A stretch of DNA of 63,326 bases, the filler included, from Globobulimina sp. (Eukaryota): the NCBI GenBank assembly GCA_003354225.1. It is 23 parts of 23 records of this genome, joined end to end, with 100 filler letters (N's around TTAATTAATTAA, not from the genome) between each part and the next. Parts side by side here need not be neighbours in the genome. Positions count along the whole stretch, not along the records: positions 22,079 to 24,737 come from PIVH01005493.1; positions 24,838 to 27,495 come from PIVH01005494.1; positions 27,596 to 30,252 come from PIVH01005495.1; positions 30,353 to 33,009 come from PIVH01005496.1; positions 33,110 to 35,766 come from PIVH01005497.1; 18 more parts are not named here. One strand, written 5' to 3'. Under the pieces are notes generated by a model. The model saw only the letters and a program-made list of their open reading frames with translations, did no database searches and had not been told where the DNA came from. Each line of letters starts with the position of its first letter. The first letter of the stretch is position 1. Below, piece by piece: positions 22,586 to 34,161 of this stretch. The position numbers were made by a program, and so were the translations under genes.

Positions 22586-24737
22586 TTATACAACATCAAA
22601 TGTGGATTGTTTAAAAATTAAAGTGGAATGTTGCTGTGTAATTAGCCATCGAGATTGAATAAATTTCGATTCATACTTCGCAATTGATTTACACGTTGAA
22701 TTTGGGAAACATTCTTTAAAGACAATTTCTTGTAAATATGGGTTAATGCGTATATGGCTTGACAATGATTTTAAAATATTTATAAAAATATGATCATCAA
22801 ATTCCAACCTCCCTTTAATTGCATTAATTGTTATATGACAAATATTTGGAAATAATGTAAAAATTGCATCTAACTTAATATATTTCTTATTATTTTCAAT
22901 CCGGTTTTCAATAAATAACTGTTGAAACAATTTAAATTGTTTACTGTCACATAAATGTTCATAATTAATGATTAATTGATGTGTATTCACAAAAAAATAA
23001 TCCAATAAATTCTCAATATATTTTGGCAAATTATTATATTTTTCATAATGTTTTCGATCATCTGCAATAACAGTAATTGGATTTTTAAACAATTGATGTT
23101 GTATTAATTTCGCTGCACATTTCTTATAAATCTCATCATTTCCATCATTTAAAACATTTTTATATCTGCGGCCTTTCATCATTAAATAAATCACATTCAA
23201 CGAATGTATAAAGTATCCATAATTATGCCCGTAATTACATTGTATTATAGTCGTAATATGTATTGGTGACAAACTTGATATAAATAAACATTCGCATTCA
23301 TAACAATAATCACTCAAAATACAGACATCAAAATATCGTAAACCTCCATTCAAATGCGTATCATTATTGTCTGTAAATTGTAATATCACTCCATTACTCT
23401 GACAAAACACAAACAGTCAATAAAAAGGTTAGAAAACGTTCTGACTGAAAAAGTAATGTCATACAAGATATATATTGCTATATTTATACCTTATTCAAAT
23501 TGATAACAGTCTCATAATGTATGCTTGTGGAGGTCGGCATGTTAAAATATCCCGCATTCTCCTTCAACATCAACTCTTTATCCAAACAATGATAAAACTT
23601 CTTCACTTTACTAAACAATGTCCTCTGTCCAAACACCTCCACACTTTCCCTCAACAACCTCGCTAAATGTGCAAACCGCGAATGCCTTTCCTTCAAACTC
23701 TCATCCGATTCCTGCGCCGGCACTCTCACAAATGTCTGCACAAATCGATTCCGAACCGCCTCGAAATTACAATAAATCAACACCGACAGCAAATGTTGTG
23801 TACTGATCGGTGTATACCGCTTTATCCCATAACCGTGCAAATCGTCAAAATCCGCCTTAATTATCTTGACTACATTGCTGAATTTATACAAGGCACACAA
23901 AGAAACTAAATTATGCCACTGCGTCTTACTCAAAAACCGGTTACTTCCGCCACTTAACAGCTCGTGTTTCAACGAGCCATGTTTTGCATCTACGTACCAA
24001 TCCATATACGTATAGCCTGGATTCGATTTATCCGCTCCATCCCAGTCCGCATACACACTCCAATAATAAAACCGCGGCGAATAATGTCCTTCATGTACAC
24101 CATAATAATTATCATCGCCACCGCTCGGTTGGTCTACAATCGACGTGAATTTGCTTAAATATTTATTCCTTCCCGTCAGCGCATACAATAACTCCCGTTT
24201 TATACTGATCACTTCATTCATTTTACGCAACTTTTCTTGCCGGTAATCGCTCAACTTACTATCCACTGTTTCTGTGTCTGTGTCAGAGTCTGAATCCTGT
24301 TGCTTAATATCGCCAAAATCTAATTGCATCCCAATATCAAATGTGTGCAACATGTAATTATGAATTTTATCCATTAATTGTTGAGTGATGACTTCATTTC
24401 CATCGCTTGCAAAACCTAAATACAAGGCATCACGAAAACGGTTATATTTGCAACATTTTAGCCGGTCTCTATAGCTCCGATGCATGCAAATACAAGCTTG
24501 GATATTACAGTTGGTGCTTGTTTTAGTGTGGCGGACTAAATCGGAGAGGTTGTGTTGGTCGCAGATATGGTTAAAATCATTCATTAAATGCACATTGTTA
24601 TACTCGCCACATTTGCTCATGTATAAGTCATAAAAACCGCCTCTTAAACTCGAGCCGGATAATGGTAGACTTATTTGTAGCGACTCCATTTCTGGTTTGC
24701 ATGGTGATGTGGTTGCTGTTGCTGTGGTGGTTTTGGC
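22586..24737 (-). CDS. ADP-ribosyltransferase-like (R-S-E clade) domain protein, 2 exons
   Basis: Intron 23399-23489 joins the ORFs. Motif order KFYH.. / PTSTS / GVILQF / YFDV..LSDY..ECECLF. Confidence 0.6.
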
Positions 24738-25171
24738 NNNNNNNNNNNNNNNNNNNNNNNNNNNNNNNNNNNNNNNNNNNNTTAATTAATTAANNNNNNN
24801 NNNNNNNNNNNNNNNNNNNNNNNNNNNNNNNNNNNNNTGCTGCCATCATGGTAACTCAGAAAATGTGTTGTTTCAAAATAATAACTCAGAAAATTGTAAT
24901 CAAAACTATTCAAATCAAAGAAACAAAAGATATCATAACAATAACTATGATCCGCCGAAACACTAATTTTTGTTGTTGCAAACCAATTAAACAATGATAG
25001 TTTTTGAGTGGGACAACAAAAAGTTTTAAAAAAAAAATCTTTTATCTTCCAACAACATCATGGGAAACACGTTACGTTTATTATTTGTCTGAATGCTACA
25101 AATATTAAATCTACGCACCCATTCAAATAAGGCTCTGTATCGATCCAAATACCAGCAGATCTAAACAATTA

Positions 25172-26205
25172 TTGCAATACAAAAAAGCAACAAAAGAAGA
25201 ATTTATTTTGAAATATAATGCATTGAATAAAAATTTAATCGACAATGTACTATTTGATAAACGTCGCGTAGTATTTGTGAGCTTTATCGGTTTATTCAAA
25301 ACATGGCGAAATTGTCCGTCTCTTGTTTTATACACAAGTTTGTTTATTCTGCCTTTAAAAGAAAAATGGATTTACGAACCTGCCAAATACCAACAAGAAA
25401 TATCGGCAAATTGTCCTGGAAAATATGCGTTATTCTATCACGGTACGTATATAACTGTACATTTACATTGTACTCACTTAAAAACTATTTTTGTTAATTC
25501 TGCCGTTGACCGAAAACATTTAATTACTTTCAGCATTGTGCAATGTCAGAATTATGATTTGTTGCTATCTGAATTACTGTTTTTAAATCGCAAAATATCC
25601 GCTGTATATGTCATATATTGATAGATAGGGAATTCGTAGAATTATTAAAATGGAAAAACGCGCAAGGTCTCGTTTTTTGGATGACCAATGATTTTGAAAA
25701 TATTGAAGAAAAAGTTCATACTGAAAATAAATTAGTTTGTCCATTTTGGAATGATTTTAATTTACGATTAGAAGAATTGTATGACCCTATAACCGGTGGC
25801 AAATATAAAGGCATTCCGTTTGGAGCAGTGTGGTGGAAAACTATTTATAATAAAAATATGTCCAAATTCGATGTGACATCAGCTTTGGTGTTGGAGTCGT
25901 TACATTTCATTAAAGAGTCAAATAAATTCAAAGCAATTCAGGAAATATTGTATCAGTCAAATCCTTTGTCATTAAATCCAGTGATCGCGTATAATGATTT
26001 TGAATGGAAATGTAATTCACCGACGCAAAATCATCGTAGATTGGTGACATTATCATCAGAGCAGTTATTTTCTTTCGATGAGTCAGTGGATGAATGTGAG
26101 GAAGATGGAAAATTGGATATGTATTCAGGAAATTGGTGTATTGTGGACAATGATTCATTGTGCAATAACGATGCATGTGATAGCAATGATGATATCGATA
26201 TATAA
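25172..26205 (+). CDS. Hypothetical protein, spliced
   Basis: GTACGT..ATAG intron at 25443-25624 joins two ORFs in frame; no recognised domain; start uncertain. Confidence 0.5.
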
Positions 26206-26664
26206 TTAATATTATTATATATATATGCACATTTATATAAACTCCCCTTCGATGTATGTTTTTTGTCTGTTAGTGTTTGAATATCTGTTGTGTTACTTAT
26301 AAATAGTTGTAATTAATCATTTATATACGGTACGTCATTGCTGTTTTTTTAGTATACGATGTGTTTAATTCAAATATGTGCATTCTAAAGTAGTTTAAAA
26401 GTACATTTATAGCAGATCCTTCTGCGAAGTTCATGAGATGGTCACGAAAAGTTTGTTGTCCAGTTCACGACAAGAAAAAAAACTTTTGGTAAAAATAATG
26501 CTCACAGTGAGTAATGGAGCAGGATATAGATCCATGCTGAATATTTCCCAACTGCTGGCGAAACGAATGTTGCAGCTGACCAAACTTAAATTATGTTGCA
26601 GCTGGCCAAACAAATGATGAAATCTTGCGGCGAATCATTTTGTTTTTGTTTTTGAAATACAATA

Positions 26665-27495
26665 ATGGAAAAGTACAAGTTTAGTAAAGGTAAATTGACA
26701 ACAGTTGTATTGGTTAGCACTGTTTTCTTTATTCTATGCGCGTCACTAAGATCCAATAGATATCATTCAAAGCCATTGATTATTAACAATGTCCGCAGTT
26801 TAATACCAATACCAAAACACAAAATTAACAATGAATGGTATCTCAATATTTATGGAAACAACATCAAGTTTGGCCAACATCAAATAACCACCACGAGACT
26901 CAATGCAATGCGATTTCCTGCATCAGTAAAAGTATTAGAATTGAATGATAATAAAATAACAACACTAAGTAATTCTGGTTTGATTGATTTTAATGTAATA
27001 TCTCCAGGATTAAAGCTCTTAAATCTGAACAAAAATCAAATAACAACATTACAACACATCAAATTTCCGAAAGAGTTAGAAACGTTAGAAATTATAGACA
27101 ATAATATCAAAAAACTCTCCATTTATTGTTCCATTCCAAATTCTGTTCAATATCTAAAGCTTGCAAGAAATAATATTGGTTCAATTGATCCAAACTTTAG
27201 ATATCCACAGAATTTGCGTCATTTAGTATTGAATGGTAACAACATTACAAGTTTCAAAGGAGTAAAGTTTCCTGCAAACTTATTAAAATTGGATCTGACA
27301 AATAATCCAATCAAAAGCCTCGCTGATGTCAATTTCCCTGCCAATATTCGACAGTTATTTGTCGATTATCATCAAATAATGAGTTTGAAATCAACAAAGA
27401 AAATATTCAGATTGCGAAAGTTGGTTACAATATTTATCGATATCACAAAAATGAGTGTATCACAGCAACGACAAGATCTCAAAATAATGCAATCA
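26665..27495 (+). CDS. Leucine-rich-repeat protein with N-terminal signal anchor, 3'-truncated
   Basis: Repeated FPxxLxxLxLxxNxIxxL units; hydrophobic segment at residues ~12-29. Confidence 0.85.
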
Positions 27496-27595
27496 NNNNN
27501 NNNNNNNNNNNNNNNNNNNNNNNNNNNNNNNNNNNNNNNTTAATTAATTAANNNNNNNNNNNNNNNNNNNNNNNNNNNNNNNNNNNNNNNNNNNN

Positions 27596-28063
27596 TGGTT
27601 TTCCCTCCTCCGTATTTCGATTTAAATCCAAATAAAACGATTGTATTTGGGTCTTTCACTTTGTATGAACTCGCGATCTTTCTTCTGATGAGTTTACGGG
27701 ACGGAGTGGCTAAATGTTGATGACGTATATCGACCACCTGTACAGTACAAGTACATGCAAAGCAAATTATATCCGATCAATAAATAATTACTCAAAAAGC
27801 GCCCAATAATATCACATTTTTTGCTGATTAATTGGATTTGAATAACGAATGTTGAGTACGATAATTCGCACTGAAACATTGCATAAACACATGATATCCA
27901 GACGCTTTTGAGTAGGAAGGATTATTGTATAGGGATTTGAATGAAATACCATTTGTTTTCTTTGTAACAATTTGTTCACCATAAATTTACGTGTTTTAAC
28001 TGTTACAACACGTTTTAATTTATCATATCCAGGGTATGGATCTGGTTTTGCTGCCTTTGGCAT
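27596..28063 (-). CDS. rps24: 40S ribosomal protein S24 (eS24), 3'-truncated
   Basis: TVKTRKFMVNKLLQRKQM|VVDIRH..ATPS..FGFKSKYGGGKT. Intron 27738-27949. Confidence 0.95.
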
Positions 28064-28207
28064 ATTAGCACTGCTTAGTTTTGGTTGCAACTAAGAGGTT
28101 TTTTAATTTTGGATGATCGACTTTAACATTTCATTAATTCAGATTCCCACAAACACAAAACAATCTGCATACTTTACAAGTAATAAAACATTAAATGAAA
28201 TAAAAGA

Positions 28208-29875
28208 TTACAGCTTCTCTTTAGCCATTATTTCATATTCCGAAGTGTCATAAAAACGAGCCAACGAATCACTTCTCATCAACTGAATAACATCTTCCAT
28301 TGCCATGTCAAATAAACTGACATATTGGTGAGCCAATTCTCTATGTTTTTTTTCAATTTCATCATTATGAACATTATTTGGATATGTTTGGGTTTGAATC
28401 ATCTCAAACTCAACAACATTATCTATGCTATCATTCAATTTCTTATATTCATTATGCAATCTGTCCCGCACATATGACGAGATATTGATGCAATATTCAC
28501 CATTTATATCAATATATTGTTTCATAATATATTCAATATTGTTCTTCATTTCATCAATGCTATAAATATAACTATCTTTCCTTCGCAAACTATCGATTCT
28601 ATGGAAATCGATGCCAAATGTCACACCAATGTTTTCTTTCTCTACTAAACTGTTTTTATATTCACATAAAAATAGGTTTGAATATGTACATAGTATCCAC
28701 ATAAAAATGTTTCTGTACAACATCTTCAAACCTATTTTTAATATGTTTCAGATCAAAAAAAAAGAGTACAATCTGTAATATGCGTTCACAAATAACTTAA
28801 CTTATGAGCAACCAATTCATTTTTAATTTGCACCATTTCAAAAACAAACAACAAATTCTCGATACTATTTCATATAAAACAATGGAAGCAACAAAATAAA
28901 ACACGAACATCACAGAGAATTATACCTGAACTCTTTAATCAAATGGTTGGCAAACACATCAAACCAATCTTTGTTGGATAATAATTGTTCCAACGTCAAT
29001 CGTTCAGCAATAATGATTTGCGGATCGCTCAAATGTTTCTGTGCAAGCATTTGTCGATGATATTCATTCCGTTTTTCATATTGTTTAATCACCCAATGCG
29101 TCGACACAAAAATCATAACATAACAAGTTAAACAACAATACATATTCATCAATATCCAACGTAGGATAGTCCGATAGGCGACGGTTACGGCAATGATAAT
29201 ATATAAAATAATCATTAATATCAATGAAAAACCGTAGATCTGAAACTCTTTCAATATCATAAATTCATCCTTGCATTTCCGGACTTTGAAGGCAATGATT
29301 AACATAAACATAGTGCACAACATTGGCACTGCTTGCATTATATTCAAAATACCAACGCCATATATTACAAATGCACCGACAATGATCGTTACAAATAACA
29401 AACAAAAAAATATGTTGATTATGCACAGCATTTTTACATTTCCTAACCATTTATATTTATGTGTCCAAGGTGTACTGGTCTGCTCTTTGAGAATATGATG
29501 TTTCCATTTTAATGATAATGAATTTGTTTGATATTTATAGTCATAATATAACAGCCACAGTCGCATGTATTCCAATAATAAGTACCATTGAGTTAGATTT
29601 GCTAAAAAAGTCCCCAAAGGATACATTGGTTCATGCGGTTCAAATATGGCACAAATATAATCACTGATTGGTCTAAAAATTGTAGGATATAAATTGAATA
29701 GAATTGCATTGAAGATTATTAATTTTGGATGGCGCTTGCTGAACCATGGAACATTCCGTAATGATAATTGTCTTAATCTGTACACATAGTAAATAGATAT
29801 GGGTGTTATAACACAATATATGCCAGTAAGCACCGGCAAATATATTAAACCCTCAATGCCAGGTGACACAGGCAT
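28208..29875 (-). CDS. 7TM-RGS protein (membrane domain fused to a regulator-of-G-protein-signalling domain)
   Basis: Seven hydrophobic helices, then LEQLL..FANHLIKEFSIENLLF, YI..NGEYCINIS, LFDMA..VIQLMRSDSLARF. Introns 28865-28925 and 28650-28801. Confidence 0.85.
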
Positions 29876-30445
29876 GTGGCTAAAGTATGTGAAAAAAAAA
29901 CATTATGTAATTAAAAACTCTCAAAAATGTAATGTTTTTGTATAAAATATTAGTTTATTTTACAGCTTTTACAGCCATTCCATTTTTATCAACATATTTT
30001 TCTTTATTATAACCGAACAAAGCAGCTCCAAATATTTTCATCATCGCATTCCATCTCGTAAGATATTGAGGAAAGTAACCAGATTTTGCTGGATGTTTTG
30101 TAGCAATGCCTCTCATCCGCGGCACTAACCATTGTGTACATGTTTGACAATCCGCAGTTAATGCATTTATAATCCAATATGATTTTTTATCAGAAATTAC
30201 CGGTTTTTTATTCTCAATTAATGACTTCTTTGCTATTAAATTTGTCCAAACCNNNNNNNNNNNNNNNNNNNNNNNNNNNNNNNNNNNNNNNNNNNNTTAA
30301 TTAATTAANNNNNNNNNNNNNNNNNNNNNNNNNNNNNNNNNNNNNNNNNNNNACGCACAAACAGATAGTCTCTATTGTACTGAATATGATAATATGGTTC
30401 AACGTGCATATCGATTTGGAATCTAACATTCAAAAACAAATAATA

Positions 30446-30764
30446 TCACAGTTTTGATTTAGTGGCCAATGGGGGCAACACATACATACTATGTTGCAAT
30501 TTTTGTTGAATAACTTTTTTGTCAAATTTCCCTGTTGATTGCAATGGGATTTCATCCCAAAATAAGACATCATCTGGAAATTGATACTTTGCAAAGGATT
30601 TTGATTTCAAATAATATTTGTTTGCTTTTATATTTCTCACATAATTGAACAATTATTATTGGTCTTTGGCCCCACTTTGGATGTGGCACAGCAACACAAC
30701 ACGTTTTCTCAATTTCTGCCAATTCCATCACACAATTTTCCAGTTCCACACTCGATATCCATAT
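30446..30764 (-). pseudogene. C-terminal fragment of an acyl-CoA synthetase with PTS1 (SKL), frameshifted
   Basis: WISSVELEN, VAVPHPKWGQRP, then in another frame FAKYQFPDDV..IPLQSTGKFDKK..KSKL*. Homology stops abruptly upstream. Confidence 0.75.
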
Positions 30765-30799
30765 AGTTGTGACTGCAGTGAGAACAGAATCATCGAACA

Positions 30800-31128
30800 T
30801 TTGGACAAATAAAAGGGTACATCGTTTCGAAATCCGTAATATTAGGGAATGTTCCAGAATTATACAAAAAGGGAGTAATCCAAAAAACACATCAGAAATA
30901 TGACCAAATTCTGTATCAACTCTCCCAAGCAACGAACAAATATCAAAATTGCCAACAAAACTAAAATTATGGGAATACATAATGCATTAGAAATATTAAC
31001 AAATGGCGTTTTAGTACTTCTGATGGATTTTTATGATTTTTAACATTTTTTCATTTTGTCATTTTTTTAAGTTTTACAACTTTTTGATAAATAAAAAAGG
31101 GTACATCATTTCGAAAACCATAATACTA
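30800..31128 (+). repeat. Imperfect ~45-bp direct repeat pair (30800-30844 and 31081-31128)
   Basis: aaataaaagggtacatcgtttcgaaatccgtaatatta versus aaataaaaaagggtacatcatttcgaaaaccataatacta. Confidence 0.6.
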
Positions 31129-31176
31129 TCTTTGATCTAAATCCGCCGACCTTACTTCAATTTTCCTTTTTTATTG

Positions 31177-32563
31177 ATGGTAAAGAAACATTTATGCAAC
31201 AAACCCGAATGGAATGCTTTGATGCTATCAGTATCATTTTATTTTTTATTTGGAGCTTTTAATACAATTCAATCATATGCAACAAGCTATTATCCCAAAA
31301 TAGGCTCAGTATCGTACGGAATTATATATCTCACTGCACCATTCGCTGCCTCATTTGCGCCAGTAATCATTGACAAATTAGATTTTAAATATTCATTATT
31401 GTTGGCATTCCTCATCTACAGTACATACAATGCAAGTTATTTTATTGGAAATGACATATTTTATTTGATTGCCTCATTTTTATGTGGCTTCATCGCACCG
31501 ACAATGTGGACGTGTCAAGGTTCATATTTGACGCAATGTTGTAACGTATTTGAATATGAAAATAAATTGAAATACAACTCACAAATCGGTTGGTTCAAAG
31601 GTTTGTTTTATTCGCTATTTGCTTGTCATACAGCCTGCGGATATTTGTTTGCTGCCTTATATTTCCAATTTAATGATTCGGATCATTTGTTTTTCTTAAT
31701 TTGCACTGTAATATCATATGGAGCTGCTATATTTATTTTGCTTTTCAGATTTATGCCTCAACAGCAATACATTCAAAGCCTTGACATCAATATTAAAGAA
31801 TGAAGCAAATGATATGCGTACTGATTTGCAAACTAATTTAAATGATAATTTCAGTATAAATAAAGAAGAGAACATTGAAGCAAACAGTAACGATCGCAAT
31901 GCCAAGGAAAACAAAGTGAAATTTGTTGACGTGCTATTGAAAGGATGGAATGATGACAAATTGCAATGTTTGATTGTGTTAACAATGTACGGTGGAGAGT
32001 TAGGTAACAATCCATTGAATAAAATAAAATATATAACAAAAATGCTTTAAAATACAGTTGCATTTATCTTTGGTGAATTTCCATCATTGATAACTGATAC
32101 AAAAAATAAATTTTATGCAATGACTTGTTATGGAGCATTTGGAACAATTTCAGCGTACTTATTCGGAAAAGCATCAGATAAATATGGTGCTATTCCAGTG
32201 ACGGTGGTGTCATCTGCTTTGAACTTGTTTGTTTATGGTGGAATATTGTATGGAGATTACTATGGTTTTGATAATATGTTTGGATTGAAAGAGTTTTGGG
32301 TTTGGATGGTATTGGCAAGTATATTGGGAATAAGTGGACCAATTATTGGACAACAGACAGCCATATTATTTGCTAAGTTATTGGGTAATAAACCTATTGT
32401 GTTTGCAAAAAGGTCTTTGTTGGGTGGATTACCAACCGCTGCTGCTTTTTTTTATCATCCATATTTGTCATTGCAAGTGAAAATAATTATTAACATCAGT
32501 TTGTGTGTTTTGGGAGTTTGTATGCTGTTCTGGCACCCACAAAATCGATATCAACTAATTTAA
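31177..32563 (+). CDS. UNC-93-like MFS membrane protein with one frameshift
   Basis: FYFLFGAFNTIQS, GSVSYGIIY, MWTCQGSYLT, FGKASDKYG. Frameshift near 31795-31803; intron 32004-32057. Confidence 0.8.
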
Positions 32564-32592
32564 AATAATGTTACTATATAAACTACAATAAA

Positions 32593-33009
32593 ATGAGCTA
32601 CTACTATGTGGATGCTGCAGGAGCAACGAAAGGTCCCTTAGGCACTGTACAACTGAGGAGTCTCTATGGAACATATATTAAAGACAGCACATACATGTGG
32701 AATGGAACTACAGTGCCTCAATGGACTGAATTAGCGAAATTGCCGTCTTTGTTGATAGAAATTAAACAAAATGAACGCAATGAAGCAGCTATAAAACAAA
32801 ACCCCAAAAATACAGCCACAAAACCAAAATATACACAGACACATTTTGAAGAAAAGACATGTACGGCTGTTGAAGAAAAGACAAATGTGTCAACTGCAAA
32901 CAGTATAATAAATGCATCATATTATTATGTTGATCCAAAGGGCGCAACTAAAGGTCCAGTCAATGTATCGAACATGAAACAATTATTTGGAAAAACTATA
33001 AAAGAAAAC
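32593..33009 (+). CDS. Tandem GYF-2 domain protein, 3'-truncated
   Basis: Two copies of YYYVDxxGATKGP..; the first continues STYMWNG...QW. Confidence 0.75.
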
Positions 33010-33109
33010 NNNNNNNNNNNNNNNNNNNNNNNNNNNNNNNNNNNNNNNNNNNNTTAATTAATTAANNNNNNNNNNNNNNNNNNNNNNNNNNNNNNNNNNN
33101 NNNNNNNNN

Positions 33110-33906
33110 TAACTATCATAACCTGTCTGCTCCACATCAGTTTGTGATCACATACAAAGCAAGGCAAATCTAACTTGGAAGGCCGTGGCCGGCATGCCAT
33201 TGAAGGGCACGTTCGTTGGGTAATTTGGGTTCATATTCATTTTCATCACGTTGCTCGAGGAGAAGGTATCCGGTATCTTTTCATAGCCATCGCTGCCAAG
33301 GGGCAGGTTTCCAGTCATATTCATCCCGCTCATCATCTGCATGTTGGGCATAGAGGCCATGGCCTGAGGCGGCACAAAAGGGTCCGGCGTCGATCCCACA
33401 GTGTTGTCGAATGACTGGTTATGTCGGATGTTGGTGCTCGGTTTGGTGATTAAATGGTTGTTGGAAGGGGTGTGTTGATGCGTTATTTGATAGGACATTG
33501 TGCGTTGTTTGTCTATCATATTGTTACCTATCATAGATTTGCCTTTTTGCACTACTTCGTCCATTGCAGGCGGATGCTGGTCGGGGTTGTGTGTGTTTAT
33601 ATGTTCTGGCTGTTGTGGGTTCGTATTTGGAGGGCTGTTATTGTCGGATGTGGCATTGTCAGAGGCTTTGTTGACCATTTTGGATTTTAATAACTTGTTA
33701 CGTGCAGAGATAAAGCCATCGCGCAAACCGAACTGGGTCACTTCTAATTTGCTTTTTAAATCAGATTCAGTCAGTTTCACAAAGGTGACCCCGGCGATTC
33801 GCTGCGCGCGGAATGGTTCGACGAGATCTTTCAAATCACCGTCGTGGGTTAATTCTAACCATTTTATGACTTGTCGGTGCGTCCAGTCTTGAGGCTCAAT
33901 GTCCAA
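33110..33906 (-). CDS. SAM-domain protein (partial)
   Basis: PQDWTHRQVIKWL..FRAQRIAGVTFVKLTESDL..LEVTQFGLR is a canonical SAM pattern, followed by a P/M/N-rich region. Probable intron donor after AFQ. Confidence 0.75.
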
Positions 33907-34161
33907 TATTGATTGTAGCTGTACGTTGGTGGTGGAACAATCAGAGGGTATCTTAATTGGTTTTAGGAGTTATAACAACACATACTTCGTCTGGTGATAG
34001 TATCTCTTTGTTAGTACTACAAACAGAACCCATTTAATATGTGGTTTAATTCACAATAAAAATTAAAATATAATTATATACAGTTTGTTGTTCTCATTAA
34101 CAGATAGTTTTTTGAGTCTGGCAGAACCTAAAAACCTTAAATCATATTTGCTTCATCAAAC

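Noticed and set aside
29968-30251. Minus-strand ORF fragment with faint ISXO2-transposase-like wording
   Set aside because: Catalytic residues are not identifiable; the similarity is too weak to call.
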